Source: Acidimicrobiia bacterium
GTDB lineage: Bacteria > Actinomycetota > Acidimicrobiia > Spongiisociales > Spongiisociaceae
Direction of reading: 5' to 3'
Assembly (NCBI GenBank): GCA_041576165.1
Contig: JBFGLM010000001.1
Location: forward strand, 32,001 to 96,000
Length of the DNA: 64,000 nt
In this document: piece by piece, positions 29,778 through 39,766 of the stretch
Layout of the letters: every line of letters starts with the position of its first letter
How positions within the stretch are numbered: position 1 is the first letter of the stretch
Made by a program: the position numbers and the translations under genes
The notes under the pieces: generated by a model
What the model saw: the letters and a program-made list of their open reading frames with translations, nothing else
Told to the model about the DNA's origin: nothing
Database searches by the model: none

Positions 29778-31226
29778 TTGACCGCCGATATCGGGCTGAT
29801 CGGTCTGGCCGTGATGGGCCAGAACCTGGTCCTCAACATGGCCGACCACGGTTACACCGTGGCCGTGTACAACCGCACAACCGAACGGGTCGACGAGTTC
29901 CTTGCCGGCCCTGCGGCTGAAGCCAGCGTGATCGGCACCCACTCGCTCGAGGAGCTCGTCGCCAGCCTCGCCGGCCCCCGCCGCATAATGCTCATGGTGC
30001 GGGCCGGTCCGGCCGTGGACCGCGTGATCGGGCAACTCGAGCCTTTGCTCGACCCCGGTGACATCATCATCGACGGCGGCAACTCCCATTTCGCCGACAC
30101 GCGACGGCGCACGCAACAACTCGAAGCAAACGGCCTGGCGTTCATCGGGACCGGGGTTTCCGGCGGCGAAGAAGGTGCTCGCCACGGTCCCTCCCTGATG
30201 CCGGGCGGGACCCTGTCGGCCTGGGCCCACGTCGGTCCCATCTTGCAATCGATTGCCGCCAGGACCGCCGACGGTTCGCCGTGCTGCGAGTGGGTCGGCT
30301 CCGACGGAGCCGGGCATTTCGTGAAGATGGTGCACAACGGGATCGAGTACGGCGACATGCAAGTGATCGCCGAGGCCTACCACCTGATGCGAGCCGGGCT
30401 CGTCATGACGAACGCCCAAATGGCCGAAACATTTCGCGGATGGGCAGACGGCGCCCTGGATTCGTACCTGATCGACATCACCGCCGACATCCTCGGTTTC
30501 GTTGACGACGACGGGACCGAGACGATCGACGTGATCCTGGACGCCGCAGGCCAAAAGGGCACCGGCAAATGGACGGCGGTGACGGCGCTCGAAGTGGGCC
30601 AGCCCGTCACACTGGTCGCTGAAGCAGTCTTCGCCCGCATCGTATCCGCTCTCAAAGAGGAGCGGGTGGCGGCGGCCGCCGAGGTCGGGCAGGAGATCAC
30701 CCGCCTCGACGTCGAGCCCGGGTCATTCACCAGCGCAATCTACGATGCGCTCTATGCATCCAAGATCGTCTCGTACGCACAGGGCTTCATGCTGATGCGA
30801 GCCGCCGCCGCAGAATACGACTGGGATTTGGACTACGGGGCGATCGCCCGGCTGTGGCGCGAAGGCGCGATCATTAAGGCCCGTTTCCTCGACGACATCG
30901 CCGACGCCTTTGCCCGCAACAATCACCTCACCAGCCTGATTCTCGACCCGTTCTTTCGAGAGGCGCTGGCCACGGCCGAGCCGGGCTGGCGCACGGTGGT
31001 CGCCACGGCTGCGCAGGAAGGGATCCCAGTTCCTGCATACGGAACTGCGCTCGCGTTTTACGACGCATACCGCACGGCTCGGCTCCCGGCCAACCTGATC
31101 CAGGCTCAGCGGGACTACTTCGGAGCGCACACCTACGAGCGCGTTGACCATCCCCGCGGCGAGCACTTCCACACCAACTGGACGGGCGAAGGCGGTGCCA
31201 CAACCGCCGGCAGTTACAGCGCCTGA
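29778..31226 (+). CDS. gnd: 6-phosphogluconate dehydrogenase, decarboxylating (NADP)
   Basis: GLAVMGQNL, DGGNS, VSGGEEGA, KMVHNGIEY, GQKGTGKWT, QRDYFGAHTY; TTG start. Confidence 0.97.
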   Translation: MTADIGLIGLAVMGQNLVLNMADHGYTVAVYNRTTERVDEFLAGPAAEASVIGTHSLEELVASLAGPRRIMLMVRAGPAVDRVIGQLEPLLDPGDIIIDGGNSHFADTRRRTQQLEANGLAFIGTGVSGGEEGARHGPSLMPGGTLSAWAHVGPILQSIAARTADGSPCCEWVGSDGAGHFVKMVHNGIEYGDMQVIAEAYHLMRAGLVMTNAQMAETFRGWADGALDSYLIDITADILGFVDDDGTETIDVILDAAGQKGTGKWTAVTALEVGQPVTLVAEAVFARIVSALKEERVAAAAEVGQEITRLDVEPGSFTSAIYDALYASKIVSYAQGFMLMRAAAAEYDWDLDYGAIARLWREGAIIKARFLDDIADAFARNNHLTSLILDPFFREALATAEPGWRTVVATAAQEGIPVPAYGTALAFYDAYRTARLPANLIQAQRDYFGAHTYERVDHPRGEHFHTNWTGEGGATTAGSYSA

Positions 31227-32230
31227 TGACGGCCCCGAACGGAGCAATGACTGTGGCCGGCGTGACCGTGCGCCCCGCAACGCGCAAGACCTTCGAACTC
31301 GACGTGGCACGGTTGCCGACCGGAACGATGGAGTCGATAACGGTGTCGGTCATCAACGGCAGACACTCGGGTCCCCGAGTGTGGCTGAGTGGCGCCATCC
31401 ACGGTGATGAGCTGAATGGGATCGAGATCGTGCGCGAGCTCGTCGAGCGTATCGACCCCAAGAGTCTGCACGGCTCGGTTGTGGCCGTCCCCGTCGTCAA
31501 CGTTTTCGGATTCCTGACCGGGTCGCGCTATCTGCCCGACGGTCGTGACCTCAACCGCTCGTTTCCGGGCTCCAAACGGGGCTCGATGGCAGCCCGGCTC
31601 GCCTACATGTTCATGAAAGAAATCGTGGAGGGCTGCGATGTCGGGATCGACTTCCACACGGCGTCTGCCCAGCGCACCAATCTCCCTCAGGTGCGAGCCG
31701 ACCTCAGCGATCCGGAAACGGTTGAGCTCGCCCACAGCTTCGGCGCCCCGTTTGCGATCAACGCCAAACTGCGCGATGGGTCGATTCGAGAAGCGGCGAC
31801 GTCGCGTGGGATCAAGGTGCTGCTCTACGAGGCGGGCCAGATCATGCGTTTCGAGGCCGAAGCCATCCGGGTGGGGGTGGACGGCGCCCTCCGGGTGCTC
31901 CGGCATCTCGGATGCGGAGAATGGTCGACCCCACCCGGCGCCGACCCGATCGAGATTCACAAGACCCGTTGGGTCCGGGCCAGCCGAGCGGGCGTCGCCA
32001 CTCTGGACGTCGAGCTGGGGGCGGAGGTGGCCGCGGGTGATGTGCTGGGCACAGTCGGCGATGTGCTGGGCGGGCGCCGGCGGATCGTCCGGGCGCCGGA
32101 GGCGGGGTTCGTGATCGCCGCCAACCTCATCCCGCTGGTCAACCGAGGTGACGCGCTGGTGCACATCGCGATTCCGGGCGTGGAAGGCGACGATGAACCG
32201 GTCGTGCCCCGCCGGCGCCGGCGGGTCTAG
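31226..32230 (+). CDS. Succinylglutamate desuccinylase / aspartoacylase (M14) family protein
   Basis: HGDELNG, DLNRSFPG, DFHT, YEAG. Confidence 0.88.
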   Translation: MTAPNGAMTVAGVTVRPATRKTFELDVARLPTGTMESITVSVINGRHSGPRVWLSGAIHGDELNGIEIVRELVERIDPKSLHGSVVAVPVVNVFGFLTGSRYLPDGRDLNRSFPGSKRGSMAARLAYMFMKEIVEGCDVGIDFHTASAQRTNLPQVRADLSDPETVELAHSFGAPFAINAKLRDGSIREAATSRGIKVLLYEAGQIMRFEAEAIRVGVDGALRVLRHLGCGEWSTPPGADPIEIHKTRWVRASRAGVATLDVELGAEVAAGDVLGTVGDVLGGRRRIVRAPEAGFVIAANLIPLVNRGDALVHIAIPGVEGDDEPVVPRRRRRV

Positions 32231-32242
32231 CCTCCGGCGGGC

Positions 32243-32665
32243 TCACGCCATGGAGGGCGGTTCGTCCTCTTCGCTTCCGAAGATCTCCGCGGCTTTGCGC
32301 CGGAGCCGTTCTTGTGCCTCGTGCACTTCATCGAGCGATTCTCGCAGCTGATCCAACTCGCCGGCCCGCACCCGCAACCCTTCGCGGATGAACAGAGCCG
32401 CGGCCTCGGAGCGGCTCTTGACCGCCCCCACCTTCACCCAGTCGTCCAGCGCCCGGGTGCTCTCCTGGTCGAGCCGCACCATCACCACCTGGTCTCGGGG
32501 TGCCCCCGCCATGTCCTTCAGCGATTCGATGAGCTCCGGTATGAACGCGAACGCCTTGATGCGGGCCGCGTCGAAATCGCGGGGTCGCATGTCGAACTCG
32601 ATGTCGAGATCCGACAGCTCCCGTCGAATCGCGTCGAACATCTCTTCGAAGTTGCGTCCGCTCAT
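32243..32665 (-). CDS. Hypothetical protein with ribbon-helix-helix-like segment and coiled coil
   Basis: VVMVRLD..LDDWV..KSRSEAAALFIREGL; AAAGGA upstream of ATG 32665. Confidence 0.65.
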   Translation of the reverse strand: MSGRNFEEMFDAIRRELSDLDIEFDMRPRDFDAARIKAFAFIPELIESLKDMAGAPRDQVVMVRLDQESTRALDDWVKVGAVKSRSEAAALFIREGLRVRAGELDQLRESLDEVHEAQERLRRKAAEIFGSEEDEPPSMA

Positions 32666-32790
32666 GCGCCTGTCCTTTCCCAGCCAATCAAGCCTCACCG
32701 TATGTCGTAATACTATTACATCCTCTTTGATACGCGCGTTTGTGCCAGGGGCCTCTAGGCGACAGCGAGGCCTGCGCATATGGTGCCGGT

Positions 32791-33033
32791 ATGGGTTGGC
32801 TTGTGGACATCACGATCGGCGCCGTGGTCGGGACCATCGTGGGAGCGATTGTCGCCATCAATGTCGGGCTGCTGCTGGGGATCGACTACGAACAGGCGAT
32901 CTCTGGAGCGTTCAGTCGCACCTCCTTGGGCGGATGGCTCGTCACGCTGCTACTGGTGGCCGGACCGGTGTGCGGGGTGTGGCTGATGCGCAAGTTGCGG
33001 GCAGACCGGCGTTCGGTCCCGGTCAGCCGGTAG
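32791..33033 (+). CDS. Small two-TM membrane protein
   Basis: Two hydrophobic Gly-rich helices. Confidence 0.5.
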   Translation: MGWLVDITIGAVVGTIVGAIVAINVGLLLGIDYEQAISGAFSRTSLGGWLVTLLLVAGPVCGVWLMRKLRADRRSVPVSR

Positions 33034-34237
33034 CCGGTTCCGCCGTCATCACCACTTGCCGCTCGCTGATCGGCAGGTGGATGAGCGCCGACACCAGCCC
33101 CAAGCCAATCGAGATCATCCACACCGGATCGTACGAGCCGGTGGCATCAAACACCCGGCCGCCCAGCCAGACACCGAGAAACGCCCCCACCTGGTGGCTC
33201 AGGAACACGATGCCGTACAGCGTGGAGAGATACCTCGTCCCGAAAATGGCGGCGACGATGCCGCTGGTCAGGGGCACCGTGGCGAGCCACACGAAACCGA
33301 TGGCGGCACTGAATGCGAGCGCCGAGACGGTGGTGAGCGGCGCCACGAGAAACACCACCATCAGCACCGCCCGGACCGAGTACACGACGGCCAGCAGGGT
33401 CCGCTTGCGAATACGGTCGCCCAATGAACCGAACATCAGCGACCCGGCAATGTTGAAGACTCCAATCAACCCCAGCGCCGTGGCAGATACCCACGTCGGG
33501 AGCCCGCCGTCCTGGATGAACGCCGGAAGATGGTTGGCGATGAAGGACACATGGAAACCACACACGAAGAAGCCGGTGACGAGCAGCACATAGCTGCGGC
33601 TCCGGCGGGCACGCTGCAGCGCCTGGGTCATGGACAGTGTCGCCGTCGGATCGAGATCCCGCTTGCCCTCCACGGGGAGCAGCAAGGACAGAACCGCGAC
33701 GCCGACGAGCACCAGTGCCAGCAAAGCCATCGCGGTGCGCCACCCCAATCCGTCGATCCAGCGCTGGGAGATCGCAGCCATCACGAAGATGCCGGCCGAG
33801 CCGGCGGCGGTGACCAGCCCGAAGACGGCACTGCGCCGATCTTCCGCCACCACCCTGCCCACCGCCCCCAAAGCGACAACGAAACCCGTGCCGCTGAGCG
33901 CGATGCCGACCATCCCCGCCATCCCCACGAACAGGCCCACCGGGTCGGCGGCGATCGAGGTTATGTAGAGGCCTCCCGCGAAGAGCAACGCGGACCCGAA
34001 TATCACCCAGCGCGGACCCAGCCGGTCGGACAGCATCCCCGCCAGCGGCAAGCCGAACAGCACGCTTTGGACGGCGATCGCCAAGCTGAACAACTCCCGC
34101 CCCGACCCCAGGGCCTCGGACACCGGCGGCAGGAACAGCCCGAAGGAACGGGCGGTGCCCGACGAGACGAGGACAGCGAGCGCAGCGATGCCGACAACAA
34201 TCCACCCGCGACGGAGGTTGGGGCTGGACTGGTGCAT
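33023..34237 (-). CDS. MFS transporter
   Basis: 12-TM pattern; GMLSDRLGPR and GSLGDRIRKR (motif A); SHQVGAFLG. Confidence 0.92.
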   Translation of the reverse strand: MHQSSPNLRRGWIVVGIAALAVLVSSGTARSFGLFLPPVSEALGSGRELFSLAIAVQSVLFGLPLAGMLSDRLGPRWVIFGSALLFAGGLYITSIAADPVGLFVGMAGMVGIALSGTGFVVALGAVGRVVAEDRRSAVFGLVTAAGSAGIFVMAAISQRWIDGLGWRTAMALLALVLVGVAVLSLLLPVEGKRDLDPTATLSMTQALQRARRSRSYVLLVTGFFVCGFHVSFIANHLPAFIQDGGLPTWVSATALGLIGVFNIAGSLMFGSLGDRIRKRTLLAVVYSVRAVLMVVFLVAPLTTVSALAFSAAIGFVWLATVPLTSGIVAAIFGTRYLSTLYGIVFLSHQVGAFLGVWLGGRVFDATGSYDPVWMISIGLGLVSALIHLPISERQVVMTAEPATG

Positions 34238-34359
34238 GGCGGCACGGTACTCGAATAGCATCATCAGATTCACAAGGGAGTTGAGCTGACCGGGCCACCG
34301 GCGGGTTGGCGGCGGCCCGGCTGCTCGAAGCAATGGAGTCATCAATGGGAGGCTTTCGC

Positions 34360-36003
34360 ATGAGAAAACTCGCACTCGTCGGCCTGGTAATAGCCCTGAT
34401 CGCAGCGCTGACACCAGCGGCCGCGGCTGTTCCCGGCTCGGCCACGATCCGGGTCGTCAACGCCCTCGCCGACCGCAGCATCGATGTGTACGTGGATGCG
34501 ACGCTGGAGGTGGCCGGCACGGCAGCCCTGAGCGTGTCCGACCCGTCGGTGGTCGCGGCCGGCTCGCTCACGTTCTCGTTCTTCACCACCGGCGACGGGC
34601 CGCCGTCGGCGCCGACCGCGTCGCTGACGACCACCGTCGACAGCGGGGATGACGTGCTGGTGATCGCGCATCAGCTCGACGACGCCTCGTTCGCAATCTC
34701 GGTGGTACAGGCGTTACCCGTCACACTGGAGCTGAGCGAGTCGTACACACAGGTCATTCACGCCGCCGACGCCCCGCAGTTGGAGATCACCGAACTCAAC
34801 AACCTGTTCATCACCCCTGCCGAAGGCTTCACCCTCGTCTCGGGACAGGCGGAGGGCACGCAGTTCTCGGTGCCGGGCACCAACTCGTTCCAGTTCGTCG
34901 ATGCGAGCGGGCCGACGACGGTCTTGGGACCGACCGACGTGGATATCGCCGATGGCGCCTACAACGCGGTGGTCCTGGCCGGTTCCCAGCCGGACGGCAC
35001 GCTGACCATCATCTCCTTCCAGATCGGTGGGCTGTGGGACACCGTGTACTACTCGGCGCTCCTGTCGGGAGACAACGAGGTCCCGCCGGTGGTCAGTGCC
35101 GACCGGGGCCGGGCGGCACTCGTCGACTTCGGCAGTGAGCTGTGGGCCACGATCACAATCCAGCCGGGTTCGGCAAGCACTGTGACCGCCGCGCACATCC
35201 ACGCCGGTCAGCCTGGAGACAACGGGCCGGTGCTGGCCGTGTTGCTCGATGCGGCCGGATCCCCCGAGCTGGGCGGCGGCCGGCTCGTCCAGTCGTTCGT
35301 GACCGATGCCGACCTCGCAGTGGTGGACGCCGCCGCATTCGACGGCAACTACTCCACGCTGATCCGCATGCTCAAGGCCGGTGAGGCGTACATCAACGTA
35401 CACACGAGCGAGAACCCGGCTGGTGAGGTGCGCGGCCAGATCGAGCCGCTCACCATTCCGATGGAGCCGGCGCTGTTCCCCGACATCGAGACCAACGTCC
35501 ACAGGAACAACATCAGCATCATTGCGGAGGCGGGCATCGCACTCGGCCGGGCGGACGGCAACTTTGAGCCGAACGCCAACGTGACCCGCGGCCAGCTGGC
35601 GACCTTCATTGCCCGTATCTTCGGGCTGGTTCCGATCCCCGGGTCGGTCTTCTCGGATACGGCCGGGTCGGTGCACGAGGCCAACATCAACGCGGTCGCC
35701 GCGGTGGGCGTCGTGCAGGGCCGGACCGACGGCACGTACGGTCCCAATGATCCGGTGACCCGCGGCCAAGCTGCCGCCATGGGCGCCAGGGCGCTGGCGA
35801 TCGATGCCAACGTCCCACCGCCAACGCCGTTCACCGACATCGGAGGCAACACGTTCGAGCGCGAAATCGCGCTGCTGTTCGGGATCGAGGCGGTCAACGG
35901 ATGTACCACGACCACCTACTGCCCCAACGACCCTCTGACCCGCGGACAGATCTCGAGCGTCCTCAGCCGGGCCTTCGGATGGGAAGTGATGCTGAATGTG
36001 TAG
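34360..36003 (+). CDS. Secreted surface protein: DUF4397-like repeats, CHRD domain and three S-layer homology domains
   Basis: Signal peptide; IRVVNA/QVIHAA; LSGDNEVPPV..AAHIH..NGPV..YINVHT..PAGEVRGQI (CHRD); FEPNANVTRGQ, YGPNDPVTRGQ, YCPNDPLTRGQ (SLH). Confidence 0.85.
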   Translation: MRKLALVGLVIALIAALTPAAAAVPGSATIRVVNALADRSIDVYVDATLEVAGTAALSVSDPSVVAAGSLTFSFFTTGDGPPSAPTASLTTTVDSGDDVLVIAHQLDDASFAISVVQALPVTLELSESYTQVIHAADAPQLEITELNNLFITPAEGFTLVSGQAEGTQFSVPGTNSFQFVDASGPTTVLGPTDVDIADGAYNAVVLAGSQPDGTLTIISFQIGGLWDTVYYSALLSGDNEVPPVVSADRGRAALVDFGSELWATITIQPGSASTVTAAHIHAGQPGDNGPVLAVLLDAAGSPELGGGRLVQSFVTDADLAVVDAAAFDGNYSTLIRMLKAGEAYINVHTSENPAGEVRGQIEPLTIPMEPALFPDIETNVHRNNISIIAEAGIALGRADGNFEPNANVTRGQLATFIARIFGLVPIPGSVFSDTAGSVHEANINAVAAVGVVQGRTDGTYGPNDPVTRGQAAAMGARALAIDANVPPPTPFTDIGGNTFEREIALLFGIEAVNGCTTTTYCPNDPLTRGQISSVLSRAFGWEVMLNV

Positions 36004-36039
36004 CGCCGGCGGCGCCCTGATCGACCCGGCATCGCCGCA

Positions 36040-37134
36040 GTGGCACACGGCCGGCCACGGCCGCGCCGCCAGGTGACTGTGTTCGCAGCGCGGCGGCCGT
36101 CGCTGGCCGCCGCGCTGAACAACGCCCGCGCCGCGCTCGGGACGCCGGGGACCTGGCTCACCGGTACCCAGCGGGTGGCGGTCACAGCTGAGGCGCGGGC
36201 CGCGCGCCGCTGCGACCAGTGCGATCGCCGCCGGACCGCCCTGTGGGCCGGGTCCGAGCCCGGACACCACCACACGGCCGGCGGTGTACCGGCGAATACC
36301 GCCGAGCTGATCCATCGCATCACCACCGACAGTGCCCGCTTGACCCGGGCCGTGGTGGACCGAGCGGCCGCCGCACTGGGCGAAGGCGACTACGTCGAGA
36401 TGGTCGCCACCGTGGGAGTCCTGGTCACCCTCGACACCTTCACTCTGGCGCTCGGGACCGACACACTGGATCTACCGCCGCCAGTACCCGGGGAACCCGA
36501 ACGCACCGCTCCGCCGGGCGCGGCCCGCCGGCACAACTGGGTGGCCACGGTGGATCCCGAACAGGCTGAAGGGCTCGTCGCCCGGCTGTATGCCTCGGAC
36601 GCGACCGTGGCGACGGTCGTCGAAGCGCTGACGCTGGCACCTCGCGGCGCAGCCGATTTCTGGCGGCTGGCGGGACCGCTCTACCTCAAACCGGATGAGC
36701 CCGGCCCGGGGCACGAGACGGAGGGCAGCCTCACCCGGGCCGAGGTCGAGCTGATCGCAGCTCGGGTTTCCGCTCTCAACGAATGCTTCTACTGAGTGTC
36801 CATGCACGCCGAGCGGCTCCGGGTGAGTCGTCCCGACGACCTTCCGCTGGAGGCTGTGATCGCGGATGAGATTCCGCTGGACGAACGCGCCACCGCGCTC
36901 GTCCTGTTCATCGACGCGGTCCATAGCGGCCGGTCGGACCGGATCGAGGCGGCTCGCCGGACCGTGCAGGACGCGGCCAACGAGCCCACGACGATCGACG
37001 CAGCCGGGGTGATTGCGGTGTTTCACGGCCTCAACCGCGTTGCGGACGCGACCGGCTGCGGGCTGGGTGCAGACGCAGCCGCCACTGCCGGGGTACGCGC
37101 CTACCTCAACCTCGACCGCCACGCCCCCACCTGA
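36040..37134 (+). CDS. AhpD/carboxymuconolactone-decarboxylase-like selenoprotein (Sec at TGA 36793-36795); start may be GTG 36073
   Basis: ELIAARVSALNECFY-TGA-VSMH completes the AhpD CxxCxxxH motif as CxxUxxxH; ORF 36796-37134 is in frame with no gap; downstream hairpin; selC in the same window. Confidence 0.85.
36813..36831 (+). promoter_or_regulatory. Candidate bacterial SECIS hairpin
   Basis: Stem GCGGCTC/GAGTCGT (two G-U pairs) with a G-rich loop CGGGT about 25 nt after the UGA. Confidence 0.65.
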
Positions 37135-37165
37135 GAGTCACCAGCAAGGCGACCACCGGCGCGGA

Positions 37166-38494
37166 TCAGGCTGTCGTCCAGATCATTTGATTCACATGAT
37201 TCTCGAGTGCCTCCTGGCGGCCGGAGACTGGGGCGGGATCGATGTTCTCGGCCGCCACCTGATCGGCCAACGACGCCAGAGAGGCGGAGGTCATGATCTC
37301 CTCGCCCAGCCCGCTGTTCCATCCTGCATACCGTTCTGCCAGGGCTGCGGCCACGCCGCCGTCCGCGATGAGGCGCTCGGCCACCAGCAACGACCGGGCG
37401 AGGGTGTCGATCCCCCCGACGTGGCCGTGGAACAGGTCGTCGCGGGAAAGGGACTGGCGCCGCAGCTTGGTGTCGAAGTTGAATCCGCCGGTGGTCAACC
37501 CGCCGCCGCGGATGATCTCATACATTGCCAGCGACAGCTCGTCTACTGAGTTGGGGAACTGGTCGGTGTCCCAGCCGTTCTGGTAATCACCCCGGTTGGC
37601 GTCAACCGAACCGAAGATCCCGTTGGCCACGGCATATGCGACCTCGTGATGGAATGAATGCCCGGCCAGGGTGGCGTGGTTGACCTCGATGTTGACCCGG
37701 TACTCGTCGGTGAGCCCGTATCTGTCCAAGAACCCGTGGACCGACTGGCAGTCGTAGTCGTACTGGTGTTTGGTGGGCTCCTGCGGCTTCGGTTCGATGA
37801 GCAGGGTTCCCCGGAATCCGATGGCGTGCTTGTGCTCCGCGACCAGGGTGAGGAAACGGGCCAGCTGGTCGGCCTCCCGCTTGAGATCGGTGTTGAGCAG
37901 CGTTTCGTAGCCCTCGCGCCCTCCCCACAGGACATAGTTCGCCCCGCCCAGCCGGTGAGTGGCCTCCAGCGCATGGCGCACCTGAGCGGCTGCGTGCGCA
38001 AACACCTCGGGGTTGGGATTGGTGGCGGCGCCGGCTGCGTATCGGGGGTGCGCGAACAGGTTGGCCGTACCCCACAGCACGCCCACCCCCGTCTCGTCCA
38101 TCTTTGCCTGTGCGTAGTCGACCATCTCGCTGAGGTTGTGGACCGATTCGGCAAAGGTCGCTCCTTCGGGGGCAATGTCCCGGTCGTGGAAGCACCAGAA
38201 CGGAACACCCAGCTTGGCGAAGAACTCGAACGCGGCGTCCATCTTGCGGCGGGCAGCGGCCATCGAGCCGGGCTCCGCCAACCAGGGACGGTCGAAGGTG
38301 CCCGCGCCGAAGACGTCGCTCCCGGGCCAGTTGAAGGAGTGCCAGTAACACACCGCGATCCGCAGTTGATCCTCCATGCGCCGGCCGAGCACGACGCGGT
38401 CGGGGTCGTAGACCCGGTAGGAGTGAGGACCTTCCGCCCCAAGCCCGCCGTACGAAATCTTCTCCGGAACGTCAGTGAAAAAGGGCTCCGACAT
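37166..38494 (-). CDS. xylA: Xylose isomerase (class II)
   Basis: [42 protein letters not shown]. Confidence 0.97.
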   Translation of the reverse strand: MSEPFFTDVPEKISYGGLGAEGPHSYRVYDPDRVVLGRRMEDQLRIAVCYWHSFNWPGSDVFGAGTFDRPWLAEPGSMAAARRKMDAAFEFFAKLGVPFWCFHDRDIAPEGATFAESVHNLSEMVDYAQAKMDETGVGVLWGTANLFAHPRYAAGAATNPNPEVFAHAAAQVRHALEATHRLGGANYVLWGGREGYETLLNTDLKREADQLARFLTLVAEHKHAIGFRGTLLIEPKPQEPTKHQYDYDCQSVHGFLDRYGLTDEYRVNIEVNHATLAGHSFHHEVAYAVANGIFGSVDANRGDYQNGWDTDQFPNSVDELSLAMYEIIRGGGLTTGGFNFDTKLRRQSLSRDDLFHGHVGGIDTLARSLLVAERLIADGGVAAALAERYAGWNSGLGEEIMTSASLASLADQVAAENIDPAPVSGRQEALENHVNQMIWTTA

Positions 38495-38565
38495 GCTGCG
38501 CCTCCTCGATCGGGCGCCAATCTAGACAGTCGGCGTTCCCGCCCGCTGTGGGCGGCTGACCTGGT

Positions 38566-39699
38566 TCAGACCACAGGGGTCTGCTTGGTACCCCACCGGC
38601 CGACGCGGGGAGACCTGACGATGCTCTGCGCCAGGGTGACGGCCCCAAGGGCTGCGGTGGGGAGGGCGACCGACTTGATCCCCGAGATGAAGGCCAGACC
38701 GAAGGCCTGGACGATGGTGAAGAGATCGCCGAGTGGCGCGGCCACCGGTCCCGGCAGCCTCACCCGCAGGAATTGCAGCGCGCCGTCGAGATCGAGCGAA
38801 GGGGCCGCCGCCGCACTGCCAACCGGCTCTGAGGGCGCCGGCCTCTGCGAATACGTCTGCAGCTGGGAGGCGAGCGCCGCCAGCGATTGTGGCTGGGGCG
38901 GAGAGAGGGACCGATCGCCGGTGGCTTCCAGCAGCTCTGATCCAACGCCGGCCCGGCTGGTGTCGGCCGACCCGGGCTCGCTCGGGGACTCGTCGGTGGC
39001 TCCGCCGGCCGGGCCTGATTGGGACCCGGCTGGGCGCGGGGTAGTGGTCGTCGGCCCGGATGTGACCGTCGCCGTGGTGGTGGCGGGCGCCGCAGCTGCG
39101 GCGGTGGTAGCGGTAGTGGTGGAAGGGCTGGCTGTCGCCGTGGCAGCAGTGGTCGTGGTGACGGCAGTCGTCGTCGTGGCCGCCACTGTGGTTGTGGTGG
39201 TGGGAGCCGCGGTCGTCGTGGTGGTGGCGCTCGACGTGGTGGTCGCCGTCGAGGTGGTGGTCGTGGTGGGGAGCGGCAGGCCGGCAACGTAGCTGGCGTA
39301 GGCGGCCGACATGCTCGCCTCCACATCGGCGGCTTTCTCATGGACCTCTTGTTTCGCTTCGGTGCCCTTGGCCTGGACTCCCGGGTCCAGCGGGTAGAGG
39401 AGCATGATGTTCGTGATTGCCAGGTCGGCGGCGGCAGCATCTGCCTCGACGTCGGCGATCGCTACCGTCAGTTCGGCCTGCGCCGCGGCTGGCGACGGCT
39501 CAGTCTTCAGATAGTCGCCGAATGCTTCCTCGCGATCATCCATCGACCGCATGGCGTCAGCGGCGATCTCTTCGATTTGCTGCTCAGGATCATTGGTGGC
39601 GTGCGCCGCAGGTGCCATCATCACCGCTGCCGCCACCAGAATGACCAAGAGAGTCACCGCTGCCGCGGCGGCCCGGCCGCCGGCCCCAGATGTGCCCAT
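38566..39699 (-). CDS. Exported protein with helical domain, long Thr/Ala-rich linker and C-terminal hydrophobic anchor
   Basis: Signal peptide ending AHA; poly-Thr tracts at about 39040-39270; hydrophobic C-terminus. Confidence 0.7.
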   Translation of the reverse strand: MGTSGAGGRAAAAAVTLLVILVAAAVMMAPAAHATNDPEQQIEEIAADAMRSMDDREEAFGDYLKTEPSPAAAQAELTVAIADVEADAAAADLAITNIMLLYPLDPGVQAKGTEAKQEVHEKAADVEASMSAAYASYVAGLPLPTTTTTSTATTTSSATTTTTAAPTTTTTVAATTTTAVTTTTAATATASPSTTTATTAAAAAPATTTATVTSGPTTTTPRPAGSQSGPAGGATDESPSEPGSADTSRAGVGSELLEATGDRSLSPPQPQSLAALASQLQTYSQRPAPSEPVGSAAAAPSLDLDGALQFLRVRLPGPVAAPLGDLFTIVQAFGLAFISGIKSVALPTAALGAVTLAQSIVRSPRVGRWGTKQTPVV

Positions 39700-39766
39700 G
39701 CGACCCTATCGGCGATCGGCCGAATACCTTTAACCCGCCGCACCTGCGGCACTCAGGTTTACCGGC

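Noticed and set aside
39040-39270. Low-complexity GTG/GTC repeats and a Val-rich plus-strand ORF (37658-39292)
   Set aside because: Antisense shadow of the Thr-rich linker and of xylA; not a separate element
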